This document shows positions 25,910 through 38,009 of a stretch of 64,000 nucleotides of DNA, piece by piece. A program made the translations under genes and the position numbers. The DNA lies in the NCBI RefSeq assembly GCF_963921235.1, contig NC_086097.1, positions 212,662,001 to 212,726,000 of the forward strand, read 5' to 3'. The stretch comes from Mobula hypostoma. Lineage: Eukaryota. The notes below the pieces were generated by a model. That model was not told where the DNA came from and ran no database searches. It saw only the letters and a program-made list of their open reading frames with translations. Each line of letters opens with the position of its first letter. Position 1 is the stretch's first letter.

Positions 25910-25945
25910 AGTCCTGATGAAGGGTCTTGGCCCGAAATGTCGACT
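25910..25945 (+). ncRNA. Minimal type I hammerhead ribozyme motif in the Penelope pLTR
   Basis: AGTC (stem I)-CTGATGA-A-GGGT CTTG GCCC (stem II)-GAAA-TG-TC-GACT (stem I). Fits the helix-III-less hammerheads described in Penelope-like pLTRs. Confidence 0.8.
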
Positions 25946-26645
25946 GTACCTCTTCCTAGAGATGCTGCCTGGCCTGCTGTGTTCACCAGCAACTTTTATG
26001 TGTGTTGCTTGAATTTCCAGCATCTGCAGATTTCCTCATGTCATCATGGCTGATCCATCTTCCCTCTCAGCCCCAATATCCTGCCTTCTCCTTGTATCCC
26101 TTCGTGCCCTGATTAATCATAAATCTATCAACATCTGCCTTAAATATACCCAATGACTCCACAGCCGCCTGTGGCAACAAAATCCCTGGATTCATGACTC
26201 TCTGGCTAAAGAAATTCCTCCTAATCTCCATTCTAAATGGACGCCCCTCTAGTCTGAGGCTGAATCCCTTGGTCTTAGATTACCCCACCATAGGAAATAC
26301 CCTCTCCACATCCACCCTATCGAAGCCTTTCACCATTCGATAAGTTTCAATTCGGTCACCCCTTATTTTTCTGAATTCCAATGAGTAGAGGTTCAGTGCC
26401 ATCAAACACTCCTCATATGACAAGTCACAGGATCCCGGAATCATTTTTATGAACCTCCTTTGAACCTTCTCCAATGTCAGCACATCCTTTCTTTGATAAG
26501 AAGCCCAAAACTGCTCACAATATTCAAAATGAGGACTCACCAGTGCTTTATAAAACCTCAACAATATGTCCTTGCTTTTATATTCTAGTCCTCTCAATAT
26601 AAATGCTAATGCTGCACTTGCCTTCCTCACCACAGCCTCACCTGC

Positions 26646-27516
26646 TTTCTGGTAGTCAAAAAGCTAAGAAATCCGACTAAAAACATCACTAAAAATACCT
26701 TTTCTGAGGTAATGTGAAGTTATCGCCACAAACAGTGAAGGGGAGAGCGAAGGTGAGGTGAATCGGGGGATGAGCCAAGATGATGTGTTGTAGAATTGTT
26801 GCAGATGGAGTTCCAATTACCATACAACTGGCCCAGGAGTGATGTAGGTTGCACTGGGCACCGAGCTGATTTGAAGAGCTTGAGAGATGCTTCGGGCTAG
26901 GCAACAAAATCTGGGCCTGGAGTGAGTCCCTGGGCAGCATAGTCTAGGCCCAGAGCCTAGTATGAGGTATAATATGCTGTTTAAACAATATAAACGCCGA
27001 CCCAGAGTGGAGGCGAGAGCCGATTTCACTCACTCTCCATGATGTTCTCTCCTCTCTCCAGAGCACAGAGCCTTTCACTTTTCTGTCATTTGGTCAAATT
27101 AAATGCCAGCCCAGATAGACAGCAAATATGGGGTGTGGGGATTCAGGGTGAGAGCTGATTTCACTCATTCCCCTCTCTCGCCATGGTGCCGAGGCTACGA
27201 AGACTGCCCTGGCTGTTGTACTCCATGTCTGGTAATATGATAAACAGATAAGCAAGGCTTTGGGCCCACTTTGGGCTGTTTTGGGGTTCAGATGTGAGGA
27301 CTCAATTTTTGGTTTGGGTTGTTGTTGTTTGCTTCAATTGTTTACATGACTTGTGTTTTTTATTCTCGTGCGTATTGGATGTTGGTATTTTATATTCTTT
27401 TTTTTCTTTAATTGGGTTTTGTCAGATTTCTTGCTTCGTGGCTACTTGTGAGAAAACATACCTCAGGATTGTATAATATATGCATTCTTTGATAATAAGT
27501 GTACTTTGAACTTTCA
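26646..27516 (+). mobile_element. Non-autonomous retroposon with Rex1-type tail (second copy)
   Basis: Homologous to ~11345-12560; ends TTTGATAATAAGTGTACTTTGAACTTTCA; imperfect ~17-bp TSD (26629-26645, 27517-27534) inside the CR1. Confidence 0.75.
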
Positions 27517-28775
27517 ACCACTGACTCAACTTGCAAATTAGCCTCGAGGGAATCCTGCACAAGGACTGCTAAGTCCCTTTACACCTCAGATTTTTAAATT
27601 ACCTTTCCATTTGGAAATAGTCTACCAATGTGCATGACCAGACACTTCCTGACACTGTATTCCATCTGCCACTTCTTTGCCCATTCTCCTAATCTGTCTA
27701 AATCCTTCTGTAGCCTCTCTTCTTCCTCAAAATTACCTGCCCCTCCACCTATCTTCATATCATTCGCAAACTTGGCCACAATGCCATCAATTCCAATACT
27801 TAAATCATTGACATATAATGTAAAAAGAAACGGTCCCAACACAGATAGTGGCACACCAATAATCACTGGTAGCCAACCAGAAAAGGCTCTTTTCTTCAAA
27901 AACTTTGCCTCCTACCAATCAGCCAATGCTCTACCCATCTTTCCTGTAATACCATGGGCTCTTACATTGTTAAGCAACCTCATGTGTGGCAACTTGTAAA
28001 AGGCCTCTAAAAATCCAAAAACACATCATCCTCCGGTTCTCCTTTGTCTATCCTGCTTGTTATTGCTTTAAAGAATTCCAACAGATTTGTCAGGCATGAT
28101 TTTCTCTTGAGGGAACCATGCTGACTATGGCCTATTTTATTGTGTACCTCCATATATCCTGAGACCTCATCCTTAATAATTGACTCCAACATCTTCCCAA
28201 ACATTGACGCCAGACTAACTGGCCTATATAGTTTCCTTTTTTCTGATTCTGTCCCTTCTTGAAGAGTGGAGTGATATTTGCAATTCTCCCATCTTCCAGA
28301 ATCATTCCAGAATCTAGTGATACTTGAAAGATCACTACTAATGCCTGTACAATTTCTTCAACCTCCTCTTTCAGAACCCTGGGGTGCACACCATCTGGTC
28401 CAGGTGACTTATCTACCTTCAGACCTTTCAGTTTCCCAAGAACCTTCTGCCTAGTAATGGTAACTTCACACACTTCTGAGCCTTGACATTCTTGAACTTG
28501 CAGCATACTGCTAGTGTCTTCTACAGTGAAGACTGATGCAAAACACTTACTCAGTCCTTCTGCCATTTACTTGTCCCCCATTACTACCTCTCCAGCATCG
28601 TTTTGCAGCAGTCCAATATCTACTCTTGCCTTGCTTTTACACTTTATCTATCTGAAGAACCTTCAGTATCATCTTTAATATTATTGACTAGCTTACCTTC
28701 GTATTCCATCTTTTCCTTCTGTATGACTTTTTAGTTGTCTTCTGTTGGATCTTAAAACCTTCCCAATCCTCTAAC

Positions 28776-29606
28776 ATACATATTTTTATCTCACCCCTTA
28801 TGGGTGGTGTGTATGTGTATTTTTCCCTCTGTCTTGGGTCCTCTACCAGAGGCCTGTGACTTAAGGGTTCAGTGCAGTATCATTGCTGTTCCTAGTAGCG
28901 TGCTTTTCTGGATTGCGATCTCAGATATTGTTCCCGAGATTTGTTGGAGCCACTCTCCCAGTCCAGGTGTCACAACTCCAAGTGCTCCGATTACTATTGG
29001 GATTACTCTGGCTTTAACCTTCCACACTCTTTCTATCTGCTCTTTCAAGCCCTGGTATTTCTCCAGCTTCTCATATTCTTTCTTCCTGATGTTACTGTCA
29101 TTCGGGATTGCCACATCCATTGCCATTGCTTTCTTCTGTCCTTGTCCAGTATTACTACGTCTGGTTGGTTGGCCAGTACCTGCTTATCAGTCTGTATTTG
29201 GAAGTCTCACACGGTCTTCACTCTGTCATTCTCCACTACCTTCTTGGGTGTTTCCTATTTGAACTTGGGAGTGTCCAATCCATACTCAGTGCAGACGTTC
29301 CTGTGCCCAATTCCTGTGCCGTTCAGTGAATGCTGTCCTGTCTGCATCTTGCACGCTGCTACTATGTGCTGGATGGTTTCAGCAGATTTCTTGCACAGTC
29401 AGCATCTTGGGTCTTGTCTGGTGTGATAGACCCCTATTTCTATTTCTCTTGTGTACAATCCTGTTTTTGTGTAGCCATGAGCAGTGCCTCTGCGCTGTCC
29501 CTAGGCCCTGCCATTTCCAGCCATTGGTAGAAATTTCTTTTGTCAGCCACCTCTGATATCTGGCAATGGGACATCCCGTGCAGTGTCTTGTCCCGCTGTA
29601 GCCACT
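28776..29606 (-). mobile_element. R4-clade (Rex6/Dong-like) non-LTR retrotransposon 3' fragment with restriction-like endonuclease
   Basis: CCHC knuckle C*LCKKSAETIQHIVAAC, then WDFQIQTDKQVLANQPD..MDVAIP..EKLEKY..VIGALG (PD-D/ExK RLE domain). Confidence 0.8.
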
Positions 29607-29624
29607 TTTATATATATATATAAA

Positions 29625-30445
29625 ACATCCTCTCCACGGTTACTCTATCAAGGCCTTTCAATATCCAATAGGTTTCAATGTGATCCCCCCACATTCTTCT
29701 AAATCCAGTGAGTGCAGCCCCAGAGCCATCATACGCTGCTCATTTGTTAACTCTTTCATTCCTTGTATCATTCTCATGAACCTCTTCAATGCCAGCAGAT
29801 CTTTTCTTAGATAAGGGGACCAAAGCAGCTCACAATACTTCCAAGTGAGGTCTGATCATTTCCTTATAGAGCCACAGCATTACATACTTGATTTTATTTT
29901 CTAGTCCTCTCTAAATGAACTTTAATATTGCACTTACCTTCCTTACCATCGACTTATCCTACAAGTTAAACTTTAGGGAGTCCTGCACAAGGACTCCCGA
30001 GTCCCTTTCTACCTCTGATTTTTTAGATTTTCTCTCCACTCAGAAAGTAGTCTATGCCTTTATTCCTCTATCAAACTGCATAACCTTACACTTCCTTAAG
30101 CTGTATTCTATCTGCCATTTTGCTCATTCTCCTAATCAAAGTCTTTCTGCAGACTCGCTGTTTCTTCAACACTATCTGGCCCTCCACCTACCTTTGCAAT
30201 GTCCTTAAAATTGGCCACAAAGCCATTGATTCCAATATCTAAATTATTGACACATAGCATGAAAAGAAGTGGTTCCAACACCAACCCCTGTGGAACACCA
30301 TTAGTGTGTCACCATCAGCCAACCAGAAAAGGCAGTGTTTATTCCCACTCTTTGCCTCCTGCCAATCAGCCAATCTTCTATCCATGCATCTTTCCTGTAA
30401 TACCATAGGCTCTTGACTTTTTAAGCAGCCTTATGTGTGGCATCT
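29625..30445 (-). mobile_element. CR1 LINE fragment, decayed
   Basis: Homologous to 26300-28000 (GVPQG and RT C-terminal motifs on the minus strand). Confidence 0.8.
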
Positions 30446-30654
30446 TTTAGGGCCCTTTGCTTCTTTCTGCAACAAAGATCCAGCCAGTTGACCTTCTAAG
30501 ATGTTCACCTGCCTTGTTGATATTGATTTTACACTCAGCAATGTCTGTTCAGATTCCTCCCACTTTCTACAAATCAGAAGTGTCGGCAGGAAAATTCACA
30601 AGGGTTCTAGCTACAAATGACTTTTTGTTGGCTATGTGGCACAGTAGGTTTGCA

Positions 30655-30865
30655 CTAGCACCCCACCCCCAGCTTTCTACACCACATTAATGACTGTATT
30701 AGTTCTGCCTCCTGAACTCATGCAGAACTCACCAATTTTATCCAGTCCTGATGAAGGGTCCCAAGCTGAAATGTTGACTTCCATTTTTTTGTCTCCGTGG
30801 ATGTTATTTAACTCGCTAAGATCCTCCAGCAGTTTGTTGTGTGCTCCGGATTTCAGTATCTCCAT
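30655..30865 (+). mobile_element. Old Penelope remnant: RT catalytic-motif fragment joined to a pLTR end with a hammerhead motif
   Basis: FLHHINDCISSAS*THAELTNFI (cf. FLHYIDDCIGTASCTHAELVDFI at ~24540), directly followed by AGTC-CTGATGA...GAAA-TG-TT-GACT (30744-30779). Confidence 0.7.
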
Positions 30866-31787
30866 GAGTTAAAATTATGCAGACAGGATTTTAGACAAAC
30901 TCATCCAATGATGTTTCAAAGACAGCAAACAGGAAATTAAACAGACTGCTGGTAGTTTGATTATAGACAGAACTTTTATTTGTTTGAATCAACAAAAAAA
31001 TTGAAATAAAAATGAGCTTAAGTTGCAAGAAAATACAGAGATATGTCTAGACACCGAGATGTAGATGAGATTTCTCATCAGGTGCCACAGATACATTTCT
31101 ATAAACAACAAGTAGCTTTACAAAGACATTAAACTACATTAAAATAAATTAATAAGATTTCCTCCTTTTGAGCAGAATTCAGTCAACAGACTCTAAAACT
31201 GAACACTCAATTTTTGATATAAGTACTGGATATAAGTGTAATATACAATAATGCGTGTATATACACTTTCTACGAACAACGCTGTGTGATATTGTTGTAT
31301 CAATCATCACTGTGGGTTGAGATGTTATTTGCCATTAATAGAGAATGTTTGGCTAGTTCTTTCCTGTTTACTTGACTTACTAAATGGCTATATGGAGAAC
31401 AACCAACGGCACCAAATGTGGCTTATATACTTTGAGTCTGTATCCTTTGAAAAGCTGTATCACGTGAACATTTGTCCTCCGTGAGTATATTGTTATATTG
31501 GATTGAAATTATGGAACTGGCTGGAACCGATTGTATGGTTGTAGAAACAGACTAAACAAAACTTCTATCACTCTCTGTAAGTTTCATTAATTTAGTAAAG
31601 CACCTTCTTATTATAAATGACCAGCTATCTTTTGATATGTTAGAAAGGGATTTGATGTGCCTTTGCACACTACATTGCGATGAGTTTAGGGTACTATGGT
31701 AGAGGAAACAGCAGGGCTAACCAATTTGGAGGAGAAAGAGAAATGGATTCTTGGAGGAAAACAGGAATGCAGGCACAAGGTAGAAAT

Positions 31788-32052
31788 GGTTGGCATGATA
31801 GCGCAGCAGTGAGCGCATCACTTTACAGTGCCAGTGACTGGGGTTCACCTGCCGCTGTGTGTAAGGAGTTTGTACGTTCTCGCCATCGCTATGTGGGTTT
31901 TCTCCGGGTGCTCCGGTTTCCTCCCCAATTCCAAATGTCGTACGGGTTAGTAGGTTAATTAGTTACACGGGGTGTAATTGGGCAGCATAGGCTTGTAGGG
32001 CCAGAAGGGGCCGTTATTGTGCTGTATTCTCTGAATTAAAAATTAAATTAAA
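31788..32052 (+). mobile_element. HE1-like V-SINE
   Basis: tRNA-like head, V-domain GGAGTTTGTACGTTCTC...GTGGGTTTTCTCCGGGTGCTCCGGTTTCCTCCC, and a CR1-like tail. Confidence 0.85.
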
Positions 32053-32254
32053 AAATAACAGAATGGTGGGGAGCTAGAGAAGTATGCAAGGTCAGAAAGA
32101 GTTGCTCTGCACGTTGGGTGATCTTCCTCAGAGCAAATGATATTGGACCAGGGAGCAGGAAGGGGGTGACCATATTCAATAAACACATGATTCAACATGT
32201 ATTTTGGTTAAGTGTTCCGCATTGCAAGTAAACCACTACTTCTTTTGATGTATT

Positions 32255-33110
32255 TGTCAGCTGAGAGGTGGCACAACTACATCTCACTCAATGTCTGCAA
32301 GATCAATGAGCTGATTATTGAGTTCAAGAGGAGGAAACCAGAGGTCCATGAGCCAGTCCTCAATGGAGGGTCAGAGGTGGAGAGAGAGGGTCAGCAACTT
32401 TAAAGGTCCTGTCCTGGGCCCAATACCAAAGTGCAATTATGAAGAAGCACAGCAGCAGCTCTACTTCCTTAGCAGATTGCAAAGATTTGGCATGGCAGCT
32501 AAAACTTTAACAAACTTTTATAGATGTGTGGTGGAGAGTATATTGACTGGATGTATCACCGTCTGGTATGGAAACACCAATGTCCTTGAATGGAAAACCT
32601 TACAAAAAGTAGTGGATGTAGCCCAGTCCATCACAGGTAAAGCTCTTCCAACCACTGAGCACATCTACACAGAGTGCTGTCGCAAGAAGGCAGCATCCAT
32701 CATTAGGGACCCCCACCACTGAAAAAAGGTACAGGAGCCTCAGGACTCACATCACCAGGTTCAGGAACAATTATTACCCCTCAACCATCTGGCTCTTAAA
32801 ACAAAAGGGATAACTTCATTTAACTTCACTTGCCCCATCACTGAAATGTTTCCATAGTCCATGGACCTGCTTTCAAGGATTCTTCATCTCATGTGGTTGA
32901 TATTTATTGGTTTTTTTATTTACTTATTTATTATTATTTTTTTTTGCATTTTCTCAGTTTGTTTTCTTTTGCACACTGGTTGAATGGCCAAGTTGGGGTG
33001 GTGTTTCACTGATTCTATATGGATTTACTGAGTATGCCTGCAAGAAAATGGATCTCAGGGTCGTATATGGTGACATATATGTACTTTGATAATAAACTTG
33101 CTTTGACCTT
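32255..33110 (+). mobile_element. Rex1/Babar LINE 3' fragment
   Basis: ORF 32318-32722 LYFLSRLQRFG..LTNFYRCVVESILTGCITVWYG..RDPHH; 3' UTR with a TTTGAC tail. Confidence 0.9.
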
Positions 33111-34124
33111 TGTTGGGCCAACGTGCAAGTGTGAAAGTGGGGAGAATGTGATCTCAGACAGTTTTTGTTCAGGACTATTGAAAGACATGGATGTCTCTCA
33201 GTTGGTAAGTTTTAGGTGAGAGTGAAGAACTAAAACTGATTTTAACACTTTATTCTTCCATCCATTTACATGGAATCTCAATTAAGGCAGCTTTATGCAT
33301 TAAGAATAGTGGTGCCAAAATAAGAACAGAACAGTTTATCCATGCCATTATGGGATAAAGTAACTGACCTATATTGGAAGTGCAGCATTATTAAAACTAT
33401 TCTTTTCATAAATTAAATAAATGGGCAAATTCTTTAAAGTAAACAATTCCTGGAGAATGAAGAAAGTGATATTACAGGAGCCCAAAGTGATGTGATATGC
33501 CAGTGTAAAGAACAATGATACAAACAGAGTCAGGAACATATGGCATGCTGACAAATCTTGTGCCAAGTAAGATGAAAGATGTCTTGTTTAAAGATGTTGT
33601 GCAGAAACTGTAAGATTACTTTAATCCAAAAGCAGTTAAAAATAGCTGAGATCTATCAATTAGGGACAAAGATCCAGAATCAAGAGGAGATAGATAGCGA
33701 GTACATTGTTTCATCACTGAGTTTAAGCCTTTTCTGCCTTTTTAGATTTGTTATGCCTTTGGTCTGAGACTGACTAAATGGTCCAACACAGACCCAAAAC
33801 CAATAATGATATATCATTACTTCAACTGCAATCTCAAATTCAATCTCAATCTCAACACATTTTGATTATTGCCACTGCAATACACCTCCAACACACTTTA
33901 GCATCAGTGGAATTTATCTCCAGGATGAGCTGGAAACTGTTTAATCTTCACTGCAGAATCAAGATCACCCTGACTTCTGTCACTGACTACAGTTTGCAGT
34001 TAACAATGTCCTCACTGGAGAGGACATGTAATAAACTAAATGTGTGAATGAATCAATGAGCTCACTACACAAGATACCACCACCCCCACTGAATATCAAA
34101 TACCCTAAGTCCCAGGCAAAGGTG

Positions 34125-34480
34125 GATTACTTTCCATATATTATGAGCAATTATCACTTAGGAAAGGTATGCATTGATGATGACAACGTTCACCATGGTC
34201 TCCAATGAGGCAGCAGAGTTTTTTGTCATCAGAAGAGTGTTAAGACCAAGACCACAATCATCAACCTGGTCAGCGAGACCACAGTAATTCCTACCCTCCT
34301 ATATGCTTCAGTTATGGACAGCCAACATTGGACACCTCAACGAGATGCAGAATTAACATCAATGCATTATCCACAAAATATTAATTAACTGATAATACAG
34401 GCAAACCATTATTTTCAGTCCCTCCCAGACCAACATTGCCAGTGTGAAGACTCTGATCATCTTCGAGCAGATCCAGTAAA
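34125..34480 (+). mobile_element. Ancient RTE-clade LINE remnant
   Basis: Frameshifted traces YFPY..IDDD..KRV..VIPTLLYAS..QTNIASVKTLI resemble the RTE ORF C-terminus. Confidence 0.55.
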
Positions 34481-35201
34481 TCAAACACTACAAAATGAAA
34501 TGCTGGTGAGATCAATTCAGTCAGTTATTACATTTGCAATGACCATCACTCAGTTGATCAGTTTAGAACAACCAAGTGTTTCATTTGTCAAAAGAAAATT
34601 TTCATTTTAGACGTCTAGATAAAGATAATTCAGTGACAGTTTCAAACTATAACAAAGAGGACTTCACAGTTCAGAAGTTCATTCAGACTAAAAGAACTAA
34701 ATTTGTTTGAAATCTGTTTCACTAGCAACAACTTCAGCACATGGGCAGAATTTGAAGCAATGCTTTTTAACAACTAATGCTGACATGTCAGATAACACTG
34801 CTTGCTGCAGACTGTTCAATAATGAATTAAGCATTTACTCTAGTAAATTCAGCAGATACCCATCAATGGAACACATGATAAAACTATTATCATAGTTGGG
34901 GAGGTTTTACAGATGTTAGTCAAATGGAGTATTCATTACAACAAAAAGGTGGGAAGTAAAACTGCTTGACATTACAGGAAATGGTGAAATATAGCCAAAC
35001 TTAATTGAGAAGAATATCTGAGAAATCTCAGAACTGATTTTAGTATCACTGCTGAAAATATTCCTTCAAATTGTTGGTAAAAATAAAATGAAATCAAATG
35101 TTGGTAGAAAATGAGATCAAATCCTTAGAAAGAGGTGACATAGGATCAGAAGTTGTAGAATTGTTGTGGGTAAAACTAAGAAACTGCAAGGGTAAAAAGA
35201 C

Positions 35202-35390
35202 ATAAAAGTTGCTGGTGAACGCAGCAGGCCAGGCAGCATCTCTAGGAAGAGGTACAGTCCACGTCCTGACGAAGGGCAGCCCGAAATGTCGACTGTACCT
35301 CTTCCTAGAGATGCTGGCTAGCCCGCTGCGTTCACCAGCAACTTTTATGTGTGTTGCTTGAAATTCCAGCATGTGCAGATTTCCTCGTGT
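35202..35390 (+). mobile_element. Fold-back Penelope-pLTR mini-element
   Basis: Inverted arms; exact 14-bp TSD AAGGGTAAAAAGAC (35188-35201, 35391-35404); core GTC-CTGACGA-A-GGGCAGCCC-GAAA-TG-TC-GAC at 35263-35293. Confidence 0.92.
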
Positions 35391-36577
35391 AAGGGTAAAA
35401 AGACCCTGATGTTAGTTATATACTGGCTTCCAAACAGTAGCCAGGATGAGGGCTACAAATTAAAATGGGAGATAGAAAAGGGATATCAAAAGGGAATTTC
35501 AATATGCAGGTAGATTGGGAAAATCATGTTGCTGCTGGATCCCAAGAGGGGGAATTTGTAGAGTGCCTATGAGATGGCTTTTTAGAGCAGCTTGTGGTTG
35601 AGGCCACTAAGGGATCAACTATTCTGGATTGAGTGTCGTGCAAAGAACTGGAACTGATTGACGAGCTTCAGAAAAGAAATCCTTAAGTAACAGTAAACAT
35701 AATATGATAGAATTCACCCTGAAGTTTGATAGGAAGAAGCTAAAGACAGATGTATCAATTCTACAGTGGAGTAAAGGGAATTACAGAGGTTGGAGAGAGA
35801 AGCTGGCCAATATTGATTGAAAGGGCACACTAGCAGGGATGATGGCACAACAGCAATGGCTGGAGTTTCTGGGAGGTATTCGGAACACGAAGGAAATATA
35901 TATTCAAAGAAGAAGAAAAAAAATACTCCAAAAGGAGGATAACACAACTGTGGCAGGCAAGGGAAGGAAAAACCAACATTAAATCCAAAGAGAGTGCATA
36001 TAATAGAGGAAAAAATAGTGGGAAGTTAGAGGAATGGAAAACTTTAAAAAGTCTACAGAAAGTAATTAAAAAAACCCATAAAAAAGGAGAAAGAAGAAAT
36101 ACAAAGGTAAGCTTGCCAATAATATTAAAATTGATACCAAAAGTTTCTGCAGATATTCAAGGAGCAATAAGAATAGTGAGCCACTGGAAAATGGTGCTGG
36201 AGTGGTAGTAACGGGGGACAAAGAAATGGCGGGCAAACTGAATAAGTATTTTGCAGCAGCCTTCACTGTAGAAGACACTAGTAGTATGCCAGAAGTTCAA
36301 GATTGATGGAGCAGAAGTGAATTAAGTTGTTATTGTTAGGGAGAAGGAGCTGAGGAAACAGAAAGGTCTGATAAGAAACAGAAGGTAGATAAATCACCTG
36401 AACCAGATAGTCAACACCCTAGAATTCTGAAAGAAGTAGCTGAAGAGATTGGGAAGGCATTAGTGGTGATTTTTTTAAGAATCAGTAAGTTCTGGCATGA
36501 TTCCAAAGGATTGGAAAATTGCAAGTGTCACTCCATTCTTCAACAAGGGAGAGAGGCAAAAGAAAGGAAATTATAGA

Positions 36578-37282
36578 CCACACATATAAAAATTGCTGGT
36601 GAATGCAGCAGGCCAGGCAGCATCTATAGGAAGAGGTACAGTTGATGTTTCGGGCCGAGACCCTTCGTCAGGACTAACTGAAAGAAGAGATAGTAAGAGA
36701 TTAGAAGTAGAAGGAGGGGGAACCATGAGGGAGGTGATAGGCAGCTGGGGGAGGGGGCAGAGTGAAATAGGGATAGGGGAAGGGAGGGGGAGGGAATTAC
36801 CAGGAGAATTCAATGTTCATACCAAGGGGCTGAAGAGTACCCAGACAGTATATGAGGTATTGATCCTCCAACCTGAGTTTAGCCTCATCATGGCAGTAGA
36901 GGAGGCCATGTATGGACATATCCGAATGGGAATGTGAAGCAGAGTTGAAGTGGGTGGCAACCGGGAGATCTTGTCTGTTGTGGCGGACGGAGCGGAGGTG
37001 CTCGACGAAGCGGTCCCCCATGCTTCATCGGGTTTCACTGATGTAGAGGAGGCCGCACCGGGAGCACCGGATTGCAATAGATGACCCCAATAGACTCACC
37101 TGGGAGGACTGTATGGGGCCCTGAATGGTGGCGAGAGAGGAGGTGTAGGGACAGGTGTAGCACTTACGCTTACAGGGATAAGTGCCGGGTTGGAGATCCG
37201 TGGGGAGTGAAATGTGGATCAGGGAGTCGCGTAGGGAATGATCCCTGCGGAAAGTGGAGAGGGGTGGAGAGGGAAAAATGTT
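36578..37282 (-). mobile_element. Penelope-like element 3' fragment (Zn linker, GIY-YIG, pLTR with hammerhead motif)
   Basis: PCKRKCYTCP, IRCSRCGLLYISET, GDRFVEH and PLGMN; minus-strand AGTC-CTGACGA-A-GGGTCTCGGCCC-GAAA-CA-TC-AACT at 36640-36675. Confidence 0.92.
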
Positions 37283-37569
37283 AAAGAAGCAATTAATGAC
37301 TTTGGGCATTTACTCATTGGAATTTAAAGGAATAATTGGGGATCACATTGAAACCTATCAAATGTTTAAAGGTGGGTTAGTCTAAGACCAGAGGACACAC
37401 GCACCCCTCAGAATAGAAGGATGTCCATTTAGAACAGAAATGAGGAGAAATTTCTTCAGCCAGAGAGTGGTGATTCTTTGGAATTCATTGCCACAGTTGG
37501 CTGCGGAGGCCAAGTGAGTCGACCATATATAGAGTGAGCTATATCAAAAATGTATCATAAAATTAGAGC

Positions 37570-37739
37570 AACACACACAAAATACTGGAGGAACTCAGCA
37601 GGCCAGGCAGCATCTATGGGAAAAAGTATGGTTGCCATTTCAGGCTGAGATCCCTCCTGGTCGCCTGGCCTGCTGAGTTCCTCCAGTATTTTGTGTGTGT
37701 TGCTTGGAATTCCAGCATCTGCAGATTTTCTCTTGTTTG
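37570..37739 (+). mobile_element. Fold-back Penelope-pLTR mini-element, older subfamily
   Basis: Inverted arms; exact 15-bp TSD TCATAAAATTAGAGC (37555-37569, 37740-37754). Confidence 0.88.
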
Positions 37740-38009
37740 TCATAAAATTAGAGCTCTCTTTTGCCTATGAACCATTAAATAACAACAAAAATAACAAAAC
37801 CTAAACAGCAACACATACAAAGGACTACTCATAGGGCCACCATATGTAGTCAAGATTTTGCCCAAGATTTTCCAAGCCTTGATAAACAAGATCTTGTAAA
37901 AGTAGATCATTGCTTGAGGGATCAAAGGGATCCTTTCATGGCCATTTGCAGAGAAGAAGACAACCTTCTGATTTTCTTAGCACTTTTCAGGAAATTACTG
38001 AAGTTGCTA

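Larger units (their letters stand above)
23081..26040 (+). mobile_element. Penelope-like element (Neptune type), 5'-truncated: RT, Zn-finger linker, GIY-YIG endonuclease and 3' pLTR
   Basis: LSKGLVFVP, TMDVQSLYTSI, QTKGVAMGTRMGPSYA, YIDD and LPFLD; linker PCKRNKCYTC; VIYCIRC..CGLLYIGET..RFAEH. Disrupted by frameshifts and by an insertion at ~24285-24519. Confidence 0.95.
23021..28775 (-). mobile_element. CR1 LINE (pieces 23021-23080, 26041-26645, 27517-28775) hosting two insertions
   Basis: CATAAGACCATAAG tail at the left; ORFs 26280-26633, 27594-27899 and 28132-28566 carry CR1 ORF2 motifs (DKSPGPDGVHPRVLKE, SCLTNLLEFF, WAKKWQMEY). Confidence 0.9.
35075..37513 (+). mobile_element. CR1 LINE (35075-36577 and 37283-37513) with two Penelope-derived insertions
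   Basis: Endonuclease-region motifs through KGNYRP, then after 37283 the C-terminus (LGIYSLEF..IETYQ..RRNFFSQRVV..WNSLP). Confidence 0.85.
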
